From positions 768,001 to 832,000 of the forward strand of contig CBDFJR010000002.1 of NCBI GenBank assembly GCA_965248535.1: DNA of 64,000 nucleotides, written 5' to 3'. Every line of letters starts with the position of its first letter. Position 1 is the stretch's first letter. The notes beneath the pieces were generated by a model. That model saw only the letters and a list, made by a program, of their open reading frames with translations, searched no databases and had not been told where the DNA came from. The stretch comes from Phormidesmis sp. Lineage in GTDB: Bacteria; Cyanobacteriota; Cyanobacteriia; Leptolyngbyales; Leptolyngbyaceae. Below are positions 30,416 to 41,033 of the stretch, piece by piece. A program made the position numbers and the translations under genes.

Positions 30416-31615
30416 ATGACGATTGACACCGGAAGAAAAACCCTTGGAGTCAACAAAACTACCTCATCTTCTACCACCGATATTCAGCAAGCTTTGGCGC
30501 AAGCGGCTGCTGGGGTCTCTCTACGATCGATTACCAAAAAATATGGGTCTGTGACCGCCGTTGAAAACATCACCCTCGACATTCCGGCTGGCAAATACTG
30601 TTGTCTGCTGGGGCCGAGCGGCTGTGGTAAAACAACTGTTTTGAGAATGATTGCCGGACACGAAGAGATTAGCAGTGGAGACATCCTCATCGGCGATCAG
30701 CGGGTCAACAATCTGCCAGCCGCCAAACGCAACACCTCAATGATGTTTCAAAGCTATGCTCTGTTTCCTCACAAAACTATTTGGGAAAACATTGAGTTTG
30801 GGTTGAAAATGCGGAACGTGCCGGACTCAGAGCGCCGCGCCCGCGTCGGAGAGATTTTAGAAATGATTGGTCTGAGTCACACCGCCGATCGCCGACCCAC
30901 CCAACTCAGCGGCGGGCAACAACAGCGCATTGCTCTAGCGCGGGCCCTCGTCACCCGCCCTCAAGTGTTGATGCTAGACGAACCCCTCAGCGCCCTAGAT
31001 GAAAATCTGCGGGTGCGGATGCGAACTGAACTTCGCAAGATCCAAAAGCAATTTGGTTTGACCTTTATTCAGGTCACGCACCACGTTGAAGAAGCCTTTT
31101 CTCTGTCTGACATGGTGGTCGTGATGACCCACGGGCGGCTCGATCAAGTGGCCACACCCGATGAATTGTACGATCGCCCCGGTTCTCAGTTTGTTGCCAA
31201 GTTCATGGGCGACAACAATATCTTCAGCGGCAAAGTGAACACCGTCGTCACTGATGCTGAACTAGAAGTCATTCAGCTAGAAACAGAGGGGTTGGGGCCC
31301 CTATACTGTCGCGGCTACTCTAGCCCAGTCGGGACAGAAGCCGCTTGCTCGGTGCGTCCTGATCTCCTTCACGTTGAGGCTTACAACCCAGAGATTCCGG
31401 TTAAGTCAACCCTAGCAGGCAATCAGGTGGTGGCTCGCATTACCGCCGTCGAAATGACTGGGTATGTGACGCGAGTTTCGCTCATGGCTGAGGCAACCGG
31501 ACAAGAACTGCTCTATAAAGCCCGCACCAATGACTGGAACTGTAATGCCCTGGGTGAGGGACAGTTAGTGGTTCTCAGTTGGTCAAAAGATGATTGCGTT
31601 TTTCTGCCCTACTAG
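30416..31615 (+). CDS. ABC transporter ATP-binding subunit (PotA-like, TOBE)
   Basis: GPSGCGKT, LSGGQQQR and LDEPLSALD motifs. Confidence 0.93.
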   Translation: MTIDTGRKTLGVNKTTSSSTTDIQQALAQAAAGVSLRSITKKYGSVTAVENITLDIPAGKYCCLLGPSGCGKTTVLRMIAGHEEISSGDILIGDQRVNNLPAAKRNTSMMFQSYALFPHKTIWENIEFGLKMRNVPDSERRARVGEILEMIGLSHTADRRPTQLSGGQQQRIALARALVTRPQVLMLDEPLSALDENLRVRMRTELRKIQKQFGLTFIQVTHHVEEAFSLSDMVVVMTHGRLDQVATPDELYDRPGSQFVAKFMGDNNIFSGKVNTVVTDAELEVIQLETEGLGPLYCRGYSSPVGTEAACSVRPDLLHVEAYNPEIPVKSTLAGNQVVARITAVEMTGYVTRVSLMAEATGQELLYKARTNDWNCNALGEGQLVVLSWSKDDCVFLPY

Positions 31616-31727
31616 CTGCTAGCAGCGCATTTTGTGAAAGTCTTCTCACAGGAGTTATTCATCTTCTTTGTGAGATTGCTGTGCAAATTTTTTTCATGGT
31701 CTCTATCGTGTGTGAGCCTTAATCGCA

Positions 31728-33032
31728 ATGTCAAAAATCAGTCGTCGTCAAGTGATTAGAACCGGGCTAGCTGCTGGGGCAATGGTCGCCGCCGCAAGCT
31801 GTAGCCCCAAAAAAGAAGCCGCGATCGGAGGCGGCTCACCGGGAGTGATCACCAATTCTTATAAAGATGTCACCCTGCGGTTTATTGGCACCGGGGCCGC
31901 CCAAAGCAAAGAAATTAAGGCCCAAGCCGAAAAAGATTTGGGCTTCAAGATTCAACTCCGGGCGCTAGGCACCGAAGAAAACAATCAGATCGCCATTACT
32001 CAGCCCAAGCAATATGACATTTTTGATGGGGAATATTTCAGTCTACCCCTAGTGTTTCCATCAGGAAATCTGCAACCGCTGGAGGTGAAGAAGATCAAAA
32101 ACTGGGACAAAATTGTTTCCTACTTCACCACAGGCAAATTTGCTGACGGGGCAAAGGTGAACACGTCGCAAGGAACAGCGCCCTTCAAGGTGATGTATGT
32201 CAAAGCCAAAGATTCTAAAGAGTTTTCACCCACGCCGACCGACTGGGCCACGTTGATTCCGTTTCAATACAATGCTGACACCTTGGGCTATCGACCTGAC
32301 CTGACGGGCAAAAAGATCGAATCTTGGGCAGAACTGCTTGATCCCAAATATAAAGGCAAAACGGCCTTGTTGGATATTCCCTCGATCGGGATCATGGATG
32401 CCGCCATGGTCTTAGAAGCCGCAAACTTGATGAAGTTTGGCGACAAGGGCAACATGACCAAAGCAGAACTCGATAAAGTCACCGACATGCTGATCAAGCT
32501 CAAAAAAGAGGGGCAGTTTCGAGCCTTTTGGAAAAACTTTGACGAGTCGGTCAACCTGATGTCATCGGGGGAAGTAGTGCTGCAATCGATGTGGTCGCCT
32601 GCGGTGACAGCCGTTAAAGCACGAGGAATTGGCTGCGTCTATGCTCCCCTCAAAGAAGGCTATCGCGGCTGGGGTGGCGGCATTGGCATCTCTAAAAACT
32701 TACAAGGGGTCGCCCTTGATGCCGCCTACGAGTATCTCAACTGGATGCTAGATGGCTGGATGGGCGGATTTTTGGCTCGTCAAGGCTACTACAGCGCTGC
32801 ACCAGAGACTGCCCGCAAGTTTATGAAGCCAGAAGAGTGGGATTTTTGGTATGAAGGCAAACCAGCAGCGATCGACATCATTGATCCCTTTGGCAAAAAG
32901 ATTGAGTCGAAGGGGGCAGTCCGAGATGGGGGTTCCTTTAGAGATCGCTTTGCCAATATTGTTTGCTGGAACTCAGTCATGCAAGAACAGACCTACCTAG
33001 TGCAGAAGTGGAACGAGTTTGTGGCGGCTTAA
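31728..33032 (+). CDS. ABC substrate-binding lipoprotein (PotD/PotF-like) with a Tat signal
   Basis: SRRQVI twin-arginine motif, AAS-C lipobox, KEGYRGWGG. Confidence 0.85.
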   Translation: MSKISRRQVIRTGLAAGAMVAAASCSPKKEAAIGGGSPGVITNSYKDVTLRFIGTGAAQSKEIKAQAEKDLGFKIQLRALGTEENNQIAITQPKQYDIFDGEYFSLPLVFPSGNLQPLEVKKIKNWDKIVSYFTTGKFADGAKVNTSQGTAPFKVMYVKAKDSKEFSPTPTDWATLIPFQYNADTLGYRPDLTGKKIESWAELLDPKYKGKTALLDIPSIGIMDAAMVLEAANLMKFGDKGNMTKAELDKVTDMLIKLKKEGQFRAFWKNFDESVNLMSSGEVVLQSMWSPAVTAVKARGIGCVYAPLKEGYRGWGGGIGISKNLQGVALDAAYEYLNWMLDGWMGGFLARQGYYSAAPETARKFMKPEEWDFWYEGKPAAIDIIDPFGKKIESKGAVRDGGSFRDRFANIVCWNSVMQEQTYLVQKWNEFVAA

Positions 33033-33047
33033 CCGTTGGAGACGTGT

Positions 33048-33120
33048 GTAGGTTGGGTTAGAGAATAGCAAAACCCAGCCCTTTATCAGGATTGGACGCT
33101 GTAATTTCAGCCCAATCTAC
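33048..33120. repeat. Degenerate REP doublet (GTAGGTTGGGTT...CCCAATCTAC)
   Basis: Imperfect terminal inverted repeat GTAGGTTGGG / CCCAATCTAC with internal hairpins. Confidence 0.6.
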
Positions 33121-33164
33121 AGCCCTGAGAGTGATTTTATAACCGTTGGTGAGAGGAGTTGAAT

Positions 33165-34877
33165 ATGTTGACGTTACTCAGAACCGTCCTGGGGCGGAGT
33201 TCTATGGTCTTGATGGGGTTGGTGATATCTGCTCAAGTGCCGCTGGCTCAGAAGACCGTGGCTGAAACTGCTCCGGTTTCTTTATCGGTTGATACTGGGG
33301 CTGCTTCCTCAAAGCAGATTGATTCCGATGCTCAGAACGCTCTTCAAGATCAGGTGACATCTGTCTCCCAGCTTTCTGATGTTAGACCCACTGATTGGGC
33401 CTTTCAGGCCCTGCAATCGCTGGTTGAACGCTATGGCTGCATTGCGGGATATCCCGATAAAACCTATCGAGGCAATCGGGCCCTGACTCGCTATGAGTTT
33501 GCGGCAGGGTTAAATGCGTGTCTCGATCGGGTGAATGAACTGATCGCAGCCGCCACCGCAGACCTGGTTAAAAAAGAAGACCTGGCAACCCTGCAAAAAC
33601 TGCAACAAGAGTTTGCAGCAGAGCTAGCCACCCTGCGGGGGCGAGTCGATGCGTTAGAAGCGCGAACAACCACCCTTGAAAAGCAACAATTTTCTACCAC
33701 AACCAAGCTGAATGGTCATGTGGTTTTTGCCATGGTGAATGCGTTTGGCGGCAAAAAAGCCATCACCTCTGGAGCCAATCTGCGACCCGCAACGCCTGGT
33801 GAGTTTGGGGGCGGCCCCGGTGCTAGACCTGTGCCTGCTCCGACTGATGTTGATAAAAACTTGATCTTCACCGATCGGGTGCGGTTAATTCTAACGTCTA
33901 GCTTCACGGGCAAAGACAAGCTGATCATGCGACTGCAAGCAGGCAACACTCCATCATTAGCCGATGCCACAGGCACACCGTCTTCTAAGCTGGCGTTCAC
34001 CTCGCCCAGCAACAATGCTCTCAGCGTCAACCAGCTAGAATATCGCTTTCCATTGGGCGATCGGGGCACATTTTACGCCGAAGCCTTTGGATTTCTAGAT
34101 CTCTTTGTGCCCACACTCCATCCTCTCGATGGTGACTATGACACGGTGTTGACGGGGTTTGCTTTGCGGAGTCCGATTTACTTTCCCAGTGGGGTGACGG
34201 GTGCAGGGTTTAACTACAACATCACCGATGCCATTAATATCGGCGGCGGTTATCTAGCCGGAACGCCTACGGCTAACAATCCTGCCTCTGGTGTAGGTGC
34301 GGGTGGGTTGTTTAACGGCCCCTATGGTGCTCTAGGACAAGTGACGATTAGACCGTTTGATAAGTTTGCGATCGCGCTCACCTATCTGCACTCTTACGAC
34401 GACGGCAGCGGCAACGCGCCCCCCGGTGGATTTTTTGGCGGCACCAACTCCGCCTTTCCCTTTGGCCCCTTTGCCACCTCAAACAATGGCTATGGCGTAG
34501 AAGCACAATATGCCTTTAGTCCCCAATTTTCGCTCAGTGGCTGGTACTACTACGCCAACGCTAAGGCAGAAGGCGGGTTTGGCAAAGGAGCCAATGCCAC
34601 CATTCAGTCTTGGGCCGTGGCACTGGCGTTTCCAGACTTGTTGAAAAAAGGAAACCTAGGCGGTGTGGTGGTCGGAATGCCTTCAAAAGTCACGCAGAAT
34701 GATGTGAGAGGATTTGCCGATCGAGACACTGCCATTCAGCTTGAAGCCTTTTATAAAGTTCAGGTCACCGATCACATCGGCATTACTCCCGGTGTGGTGG
34801 TGATCACCAATCCAGAACACAACCGCAACAATGACACGATTTTTGTTGGTTTAATCCGAACTAATTTCAATTTCTAA
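33165..34877 (+). CDS. Cyanobacterial SLH-domain porin (OprB-like)
   Basis: QVTSVSQLSDVRPTDWAFQALQSLVERYGC SLH signature, QFSTTTKL, C-terminal RTNFNF. GAGGAG RBS at 33153. Confidence 0.93.
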   Translation: MLTLLRTVLGRSSMVLMGLVISAQVPLAQKTVAETAPVSLSVDTGAASSKQIDSDAQNALQDQVTSVSQLSDVRPTDWAFQALQSLVERYGCIAGYPDKTYRGNRALTRYEFAAGLNACLDRVNELIAAATADLVKKEDLATLQKLQQEFAAELATLRGRVDALEARTTTLEKQQFSTTTKLNGHVVFAMVNAFGGKKAITSGANLRPATPGEFGGGPGARPVPAPTDVDKNLIFTDRVRLILTSSFTGKDKLIMRLQAGNTPSLADATGTPSSKLAFTSPSNNALSVNQLEYRFPLGDRGTFYAEAFGFLDLFVPTLHPLDGDYDTVLTGFALRSPIYFPSGVTGAGFNYNITDAINIGGGYLAGTPTANNPASGVGAGGLFNGPYGALGQVTIRPFDKFAIALTYLHSYDDGSGNAPPGGFFGGTNSAFPFGPFATSNNGYGVEAQYAFSPQFSLSGWYYYANAKAEGGFGKGANATIQSWAVALAFPDLLKKGNLGGVVVGMPSKVTQNDVRGFADRDTAIQLEAFYKVQVTDHIGITPGVVVITNPEHNRNNDTIFVGLIRTNFNF

Positions 34878-34901
34878 TCGGGTTATAACCAATCCATCCC
34901 A

Positions 34902-34935
34902 GTAGGGCAGGTTTGGTGATCCCAACGCCTGCCCT
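34902..34935. repeat. GTAG-type REP hairpin
   Basis: GTAGGGCAGG...CCTGCCCT. Confidence 0.6.
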
Positions 34936-34962
34936 TGGCTCCCATCCTCAAGCGGAACCCCT

Positions 34963-35877
34963 ATGACAGCCACTCAAAATCGCTCAACCTCTGCGCTGCC
35001 TGTTCGCCCCAGTCGAGCAAAACCGTTTAACTGGAAGGCTCTTCAGCCCTATCTGCTAGTCTCTCCCCAAACGATCGTGCTGCTGTTGTTTTTGGTGTTG
35101 CCGATCGTGGCCATCATCACCGTCAGTTTTTGGAACTTCAATGGCTATTCAATGGTTCCTGGCTTTACGCTGGCGAATTACATCACGGTTTTTACGTCTA
35201 AAGTCACGGTCGCGACTTACCTCAACACGTTTAAGTTTGCGGCAGTGGTGTGGTTGATTTGTCTGCTGATTGGTTACCCGGTTGCCTATTTTCTGTCATT
35301 TCACATTAAAAACTCAACGTGGCAAACGATTCTATTTTTGATTTGCACGGTGCCGTTTTTGACCTCAAACATCATTCGGATGATTTCCTGGATTCCTTTT
35401 TTAGGGCGAGAAGGATTGTTAAACCAGGCGTTGATGGGGCTGCATTTAACCGATCAGCCAGTGGAAATGTTTCTGTTTTCTGACTTCTCAGTGATTTTGG
35501 CAATGGTGCATCTCTATGCGCTATTTATGGTGGCACCCATTTTTAACAGCATGATGCGAATCGATCGGGCGCTGGTGTCTGCGGCCGAAGATGCAGGGGC
35601 ATCGCCCTTTCAAATTCAGAAAGAAATCATCTTGCCCTTATCAGCGTCAGGAATTGCGATCGGCACTATTTTTATCGTCACCCTAGTGATGGGAGAGTTT
35701 GCCACCGTGCGGCTGATGGGCGGCGGACAGGTGGCCTCAGTGGGCAACTTGATTAAAAACCAGATTGGCAGTTTGCAATATCCCCTGGCTGCTGCAAATG
35801 CGGTCATTTTGCTGATCATTACGCTAATTTTGGTCGTGGCTATTTTGCGCGTCGTCGATATTCGTAAAGAACTGTAG
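34963..35877 (+). CDS. ABC transporter permease (PotB-like)
   Basis: Six TM helices, AAEDAGAS EAA loop. Confidence 0.9.
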   Translation: MTATQNRSTSALPVRPSRAKPFNWKALQPYLLVSPQTIVLLLFLVLPIVAIITVSFWNFNGYSMVPGFTLANYITVFTSKVTVATYLNTFKFAAVVWLICLLIGYPVAYFLSFHIKNSTWQTILFLICTVPFLTSNIIRMISWIPFLGREGLLNQALMGLHLTDQPVEMFLFSDFSVILAMVHLYALFMVAPIFNSMMRIDRALVSAAEDAGASPFQIQKEIILPLSASGIAIGTIFIVTLVMGEFATVRLMGGGQVASVGNLIKNQIGSLQYPLAAANAVILLIITLILVVAILRVVDIRKEL

Positions 35878-35884
35878 AGGCATC

Positions 35885-36709
35885 ATGGAAAAAAAACGTC
35901 CTCTCTCTTACTATTTGCTGGCTGGTTTTTTTGGTCTGTTTGTGCTGTTTCTCTACGGCCCCATGTCCGCCATTTTTATTCTGTCGCTGCAAGGCCCTGA
36001 AGGCAATTTAACCTTTCCGATGAAGGGGTTTAGCCTGATGTGGATGCAGTCAGTGTTTGAGGAACAGCGAGTCGGAAACTTTGTCGATGCATTTTGGCGA
36101 TCGCTCTGGTTAGGGTTGATTGTCATGGGGTTGACCGTTCTCTTCAGCGTCATGTCGGGCATGGCATTTCGCGGCCGCTTCAAAGGCTCAAATGTGATTT
36201 TTTATCTCACCATTTCTAGTCTGATTGTTCCCAGCATTCTGATCTCGTTGGGGATTGCAGTCGTGTTTAACCTATTAGGGTTAGAAAACGCCTGGTATAC
36301 CTCAGCATTAGGCGCGCATCTGACTTGGACAATTCCGTTTGCATTCTTAATTATGTTAGGCATCTTTGGGCGGTTTAACCCTGCCTATGAAGAAGCGTCT
36401 CGTGATCTGGGTGCCAATGATGTCACAACATTCTGGCAGATTGTTTTTCCGCTCATTGCGTCTAGTGTGGTGGGGGTGGCATTGCTGAGTTTCACGTTGT
36501 CCTACGATGAGTTTACGCGCACGTCTTTGGCATCGGGTGACACAAACACCCTGCCCCTAGAAATCTTTGGCATGACGACTAACGTCACGTCTCCGGCGCT
36601 CTATGCGTTAGGCACTCTCACAACGATTTTTTCGTTTGCCTTGATTGGACTGACTCTATTTGTGATCACCTATCTCTCAAAGCGGCAGAGCCAGCCAAAG
36701 CGCGAGTAG
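35885..36709 (+). CDS. ABC transporter permease (PotC-like)
   Basis: EEASRDLGA EAA loop, SFTLSYDEF. Confidence 0.9.
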   Translation: MEKKRPLSYYLLAGFFGLFVLFLYGPMSAIFILSLQGPEGNLTFPMKGFSLMWMQSVFEEQRVGNFVDAFWRSLWLGLIVMGLTVLFSVMSGMAFRGRFKGSNVIFYLTISSLIVPSILISLGIAVVFNLLGLENAWYTSALGAHLTWTIPFAFLIMLGIFGRFNPAYEEASRDLGANDVTTFWQIVFPLIASSVVGVALLSFTLSYDEFTRTSLASGDTNTLPLEIFGMTTNVTSPALYALGTLTTIFSFALIGLTLFVITYLSKRQSQPKRE

Positions 36710-36976
36710 GTAGTTTAGCCAAATTTAATTCTGATCTTTTATGGGAGATGGACGATCGCGGTTGCATCCAGACGAAAGGGAGGAAGATAGAATCACTAAC
36801 CTGAGAGGACTTTAATTCAAATAGTTTAGAAGGGCTTAGGGCAATCTAGTGCTCAGAGATTTATGAAAGCGATCGCAATCGAGCACTTGCCAGTACTATT
36901 TGCTTGAGCACTTTACGCCAGATAGCGTATATATTGGCTCACTCTCACCGTTCCGTAAGCTCTTCTTCTGATTTTT

Positions 36977-39605
36977 ATGTGGCAAACTGTCTTTCTCAAG
37001 CGTCTGCCTCGATTGCTCCAACCCAATCAGCTAGCCATCTTTGAGGCGTGTTTGATCGGGTTGATCTCTGGTTTAGCCGCGGTCTTGCTCAAGCAAGGAA
37101 CGGGCGCGATCGGAGGGTGGCGTTTGCACCTTGCCCAACAATATCCAGTCTGGATCGCCTTGCCCATCGTCGGCTTGGTGGGAGGATTTTTGGCTGGGTT
37201 GCTGATTGAGCGAGCCGCCCCCGAAGCCACCGGAAGCGGCATTCCGCAAGTGAAAGCTGCTTTGGGTCATGTCTCGATCGCTCTGAATGCGCGAGTGGCG
37301 ATCGTCAAACTTTTGAGCACGCTGCTCTCGCTGGGATCGGGTTTAACCCTGGGGCGACAAGGCCCGACCGTGCAAATCGGAGCCGCGATCGCCGCTCAAC
37401 TCAGCGCCTGGGTGCCCACCTCGCCCGAACATCGCCGCCAGTTGATCGCGGCCGGGGCGGCCGCCGGACTCGCGGCCGGGTTTAATGCCCCGATCGCCGG
37501 GGTCTTATTCGTCGTCGAAGAACTGCTGCAAGACGTGTCAGGGCTGACCTTGGGAACCGCCATTTTGGCCTCGTTTATCGGGGCAGTTGTGTCGCGGCTT
37601 TTGGGCGGTGGCGGACTGAATGTGAACATGACTGGGCTGTATACCAGCTTCTCGATCGCCGAGATTCCGATTTTCATCGGGCTAGGAATTTTGGCGGGGC
37701 TGTTTGGGTCTTTGTTTAGTCGCGGGGTGCTGTTGAGTCTGACGGTGAATCGGCGTTTTTTAAAAGTTGGCCTACCGTTAAAAATCGGGTTTGCCGGGTT
37801 GATCTCTGGGTTGGCCGTCGCCTTTCTTCCGGCGGTTTTGCGCGATAACGCCAGCCTCCAAGAAGTGTGGCTCACAAGCGAACTAGGCTGGAAGATTACG
37901 GCCGTGCTCTTCGTCACCAAATTCATTTTGACGCTTGATCGCGTCTGGGTCAGGGGCCCCTGGCGGTTTATTTGCTCCCTCGCTGATTTTAGGGTCTGCC
38001 CTAGGCTATCTCGTCAGCACGGCGGCCCAACATTTGCAGTTGATGGGCATTCCTCTAGGGGTTGAGTTTGGCGAAGGACTGATCACCACCTCAGCTTTGA
38101 CGGGCATGGGAGCCTTTTTTAGTGCTGTCACCAGAGGCCCGATCACGGCGATCGTGATTGTCTTTGAGATGACGACTAACTTTAATCTCGTTTTGCCGTT
38201 GATGATCGGGTCGGTGACGGCTTATCTCGTGGCCGAAAGTCTCTACAGTGGCTCGATTTATAAACATTTGCTGGCCTCAAACGGCATTCATCTCAAGCCA
38301 GAAACGGCGATCGATGCCCGTCTCGCGGGGTTGACGGCCGCCGATATCATGCAGCGCCGCGTCGAAACGGTTTCGAGTCAGATGCGATTAGATGAAGCGA
38401 TTCAGGCGTTTTCACGATCGCACCATCGCGGCTTTCCGGTTGTCGATGACGGCAAGCTAGTGGGGATCATTACCCAGAGCGACTTGACGAGAATTCATGA
38501 GCGACATCTGGCAGGCGATTTGTTTCTAAATCTAATCATGACTCCTAACCCGGTCACGGTTAGCCCGACGGCTCCCCTGTCTCAGGTGCTCTATCTGCTG
38601 AACCGATTTAAGATCAGTCGTCTGCCCGTGCTCGATCGCCGTAACCTGTTGGGAATCATCACCCGCGCTGACATTATTCGCGCTGAGTCTGAGCAGTTGA
38701 GCGGCGATCGTCAGGTCGGCCCGCAGCCCGATCCCTCTTATGTGGTTTATCAAACCCGTGCGCCAGCCGTCGGACAAGGGCGTTTGCTCGTGCCGATCTC
38801 TAACCCCCAGACGGCTGAGTCTCTGCTGCAAATGGCGGCCGCGATCGCCCGTGAGCGCCACTATGAGTTGGAGTGCCTGCAAGTCATTTTGATTTCGCGA
38901 CATCAAGCCCCCGCAGAGACGGCGGTTTCGACCACGATCAGCCGTCGTCTCTTAAAACGGGCGGCGCGGCTGGGCGAAGAGTGGCAGATTCCAGTGCATA
39001 CTCAAGTGCGCGTTACTCACGATGTTGCCCACGCCATTTTAGAAGCCGTTAAAGATCGCCACATTAACCTGCTGCTCATGGGCTGGAAGGGCAGCACCGT
39101 CACACCGGGGCGAGTCTTTGGCAATGTGGTCGATACGATTATTCGGCAGGCGAGTTGTGATGTGGTGTTGATCAAAAATCCCAGTGCTGGCGATGCGGCT
39201 TTGCCACCTAAGCTCGATCGCTGGCTGATTCCCACGGCGGGCGGGCCCAATTCTCGGCAGGCGATTCAGCTTTTGCCTGCGTTTGCGCGGTTGACCACAA
39301 AGCCCCAAGTCTTTTTGTGTCAGGTGCATCAGCCTGAGCAATCGCCTGCTGATATCGAAGCGCTCAAAGATGCGATGGTGTTTTTGAGCAATCGTCTGCG
39401 GTGCCCGGTGATGCTGCGATCGGTGTGCGCCAAATCGGTGTCTGAAGCCGTAGTCGATCTGGCTCAAAAAGATCAGTGTGATGTGATTGTGCTAGGCGCA
39501 ACCAGAGAAGGACTGCTGCAACAGGTGATCAAAGGCAACATTCCTGAAGAGATTGCGCGGCAGTGTGACTGTACGGTAATTTTGGTACGAAGCGCGATCA
39601 AATAA
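36977..39605 (+). pseudogene. ClC chloride channel/antiporter with CBS pair and USP domains, split by a +1 frameshift at about 37934 (pseudogene or sequencing error)
   Basis: GSGIP and GRQGP motifs in ORF1; GGLFAP, CBS and USP regions in ORF2. Removing one base of ACG-CTT-GAT-C joins KFILTL to IASGSGAPGGLFAP. Confidence 0.85.
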
Positions 39606-39684
39606 AAAGCTGTTCGATTTGATACATTCTCAAAAAGAGCGATCGCGTTAAGTGGAACTAAAGTTTGTGTTTGAGATATCCCGT

Positions 39685-40947
39685 ATGAGATTGAATGGTC
39701 TGCTCGTTAAGTTGATCAACTACCCGGCTCTAAAGTCTTGGAGACTGATCGCGGTTTTAGGGCTGCTGCTAGGGTCGTGTGGCAGTCCCAGTGCTAAGTC
39801 ACCCCCTGATGCAGCCCCTCAAGGGTCGCCTGCTGCCGGAAAAGACTTTACGATCGGCATGGTGCTAGTTGGGCCAAAACAAGATGGCGGCTGGAATCAA
39901 GCCCAATTTGAAGGACTTCAAACAGCGTTGAAGACAATTCCTGGCACCAAATTAGAATATGTCGATAAAGTTAACGGGGGCGATCGTCCCAATGTTAAAG
40001 GCTCTCAAGTTGCCGATGATCTGATCAGCAAAGGGGCTAAGTTTATCATTTTTAACTCTGATGATTTCAAAGATGACGCGCTGGCTACTGCTAAGAAACA
40101 TCCCGATGTGACGGTGATTCACGCCTCTGGTGACTATGCCTGGAAGGACGGAAAAAACTTTAAAAATCAGCCAAACTTGGGCAACATCATGGGGCGGATG
40201 GAGTATGGCAAGATGATTGCAGGCTGCGCGGCAGCTTTGGGCACCGAGACCGGAAAGATCGGCTATCTGGGGCCCTTAATTAACGACGAAACCCGCCGCT
40301 ATTCATCATCTGCCTACCTAGGGGCAAAATATTGTTGGCAAACCTATCGCCAAAAAAAGGCAGAAGACCTCACCTTTAAAGTCACCTGGATCGGGTTTTG
40401 GTTCAACATTCCGGGTAAGACGCTAGACCCGACTAAAGTTGCAGATGACTATTACAACGGTGGCTATGATGTCGTGATGTCAGGCATCGACACGCCCGAA
40501 GCAGCGGTGCAGGGCAAAAAAGCGGCAGAAGCGGGCAAAAAGGTGAAATTTGTTCACTATGACTTAGCCTCTGGCTGCAATTTAGCGCCTGATATTTGTC
40601 TGGGTGTGCCTTACTACAATTGGTCGTTTCCCTATGCCAACTCGATTAAGAAAGCGATCGCGGGCAGCTACACCAGCGAATTCACCTGGCTGGCACCCGA
40701 TTGGAAAAATATCAACAGTGCTGAAACGTCAATGGTCGGCTTCAACCCTGGCGCGGCCCTAGGCGACAACAAAAAGTTTTTAGATGCGTTCATCAAAGGC
40801 TTAGGAGACGGCAGCATTAATCCTTTGAAAGGCCCGTTAAACTTTCAAGACGGAACGCCTTTCTTAAAAGCTGGAGAAACCGCCACCGATCAGCAGATTT
40901 GGTATTTGCCCCAACTGTTAGCAGGCATGGAAGGATCGAGCAAATAA
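39685..40947 (+). CDS. BMP-family (nucleoside-type) ABC substrate-binding lipoprotein
   Basis: LGS-C lipobox, VGPKQDGGWNQ, WIGFWF..DP. Confidence 0.88.
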   Translation: MRLNGLLVKLINYPALKSWRLIAVLGLLLGSCGSPSAKSPPDAAPQGSPAAGKDFTIGMVLVGPKQDGGWNQAQFEGLQTALKTIPGTKLEYVDKVNGGDRPNVKGSQVADDLISKGAKFIIFNSDDFKDDALATAKKHPDVTVIHASGDYAWKDGKNFKNQPNLGNIMGRMEYGKMIAGCAAALGTETGKIGYLGPLINDETRRYSSSAYLGAKYCWQTYRQKKAEDLTFKVTWIGFWFNIPGKTLDPTKVADDYYNGGYDVVMSGIDTPEAAVQGKKAAEAGKKVKFVHYDLASGCNLAPDICLGVPYYNWSFPYANSIKKAIAGSYTSEFTWLAPDWKNINSAETSMVGFNPGAALGDNKKFLDAFIKGLGDGSINPLKGPLNFQDGTPFLKAGETATDQQIWYLPQLLAGMEGSSK

Positions 40948-40955
40948 AGTCACTC

Positions 40956-40982
40956 TAGGGGCGCGGCAGGGCCGTGCCCTAG
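40956..40982. repeat. REP hairpin
   Basis: TAGGGGCGCGGCAGGGCCGTGCCCTAG. Confidence 0.6.
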
Positions 40983-41033
40983 GGTTGCATTAGTCCCAAG
41001 TCGCTCATCAATAGAACCCGATAATAGAACCCG

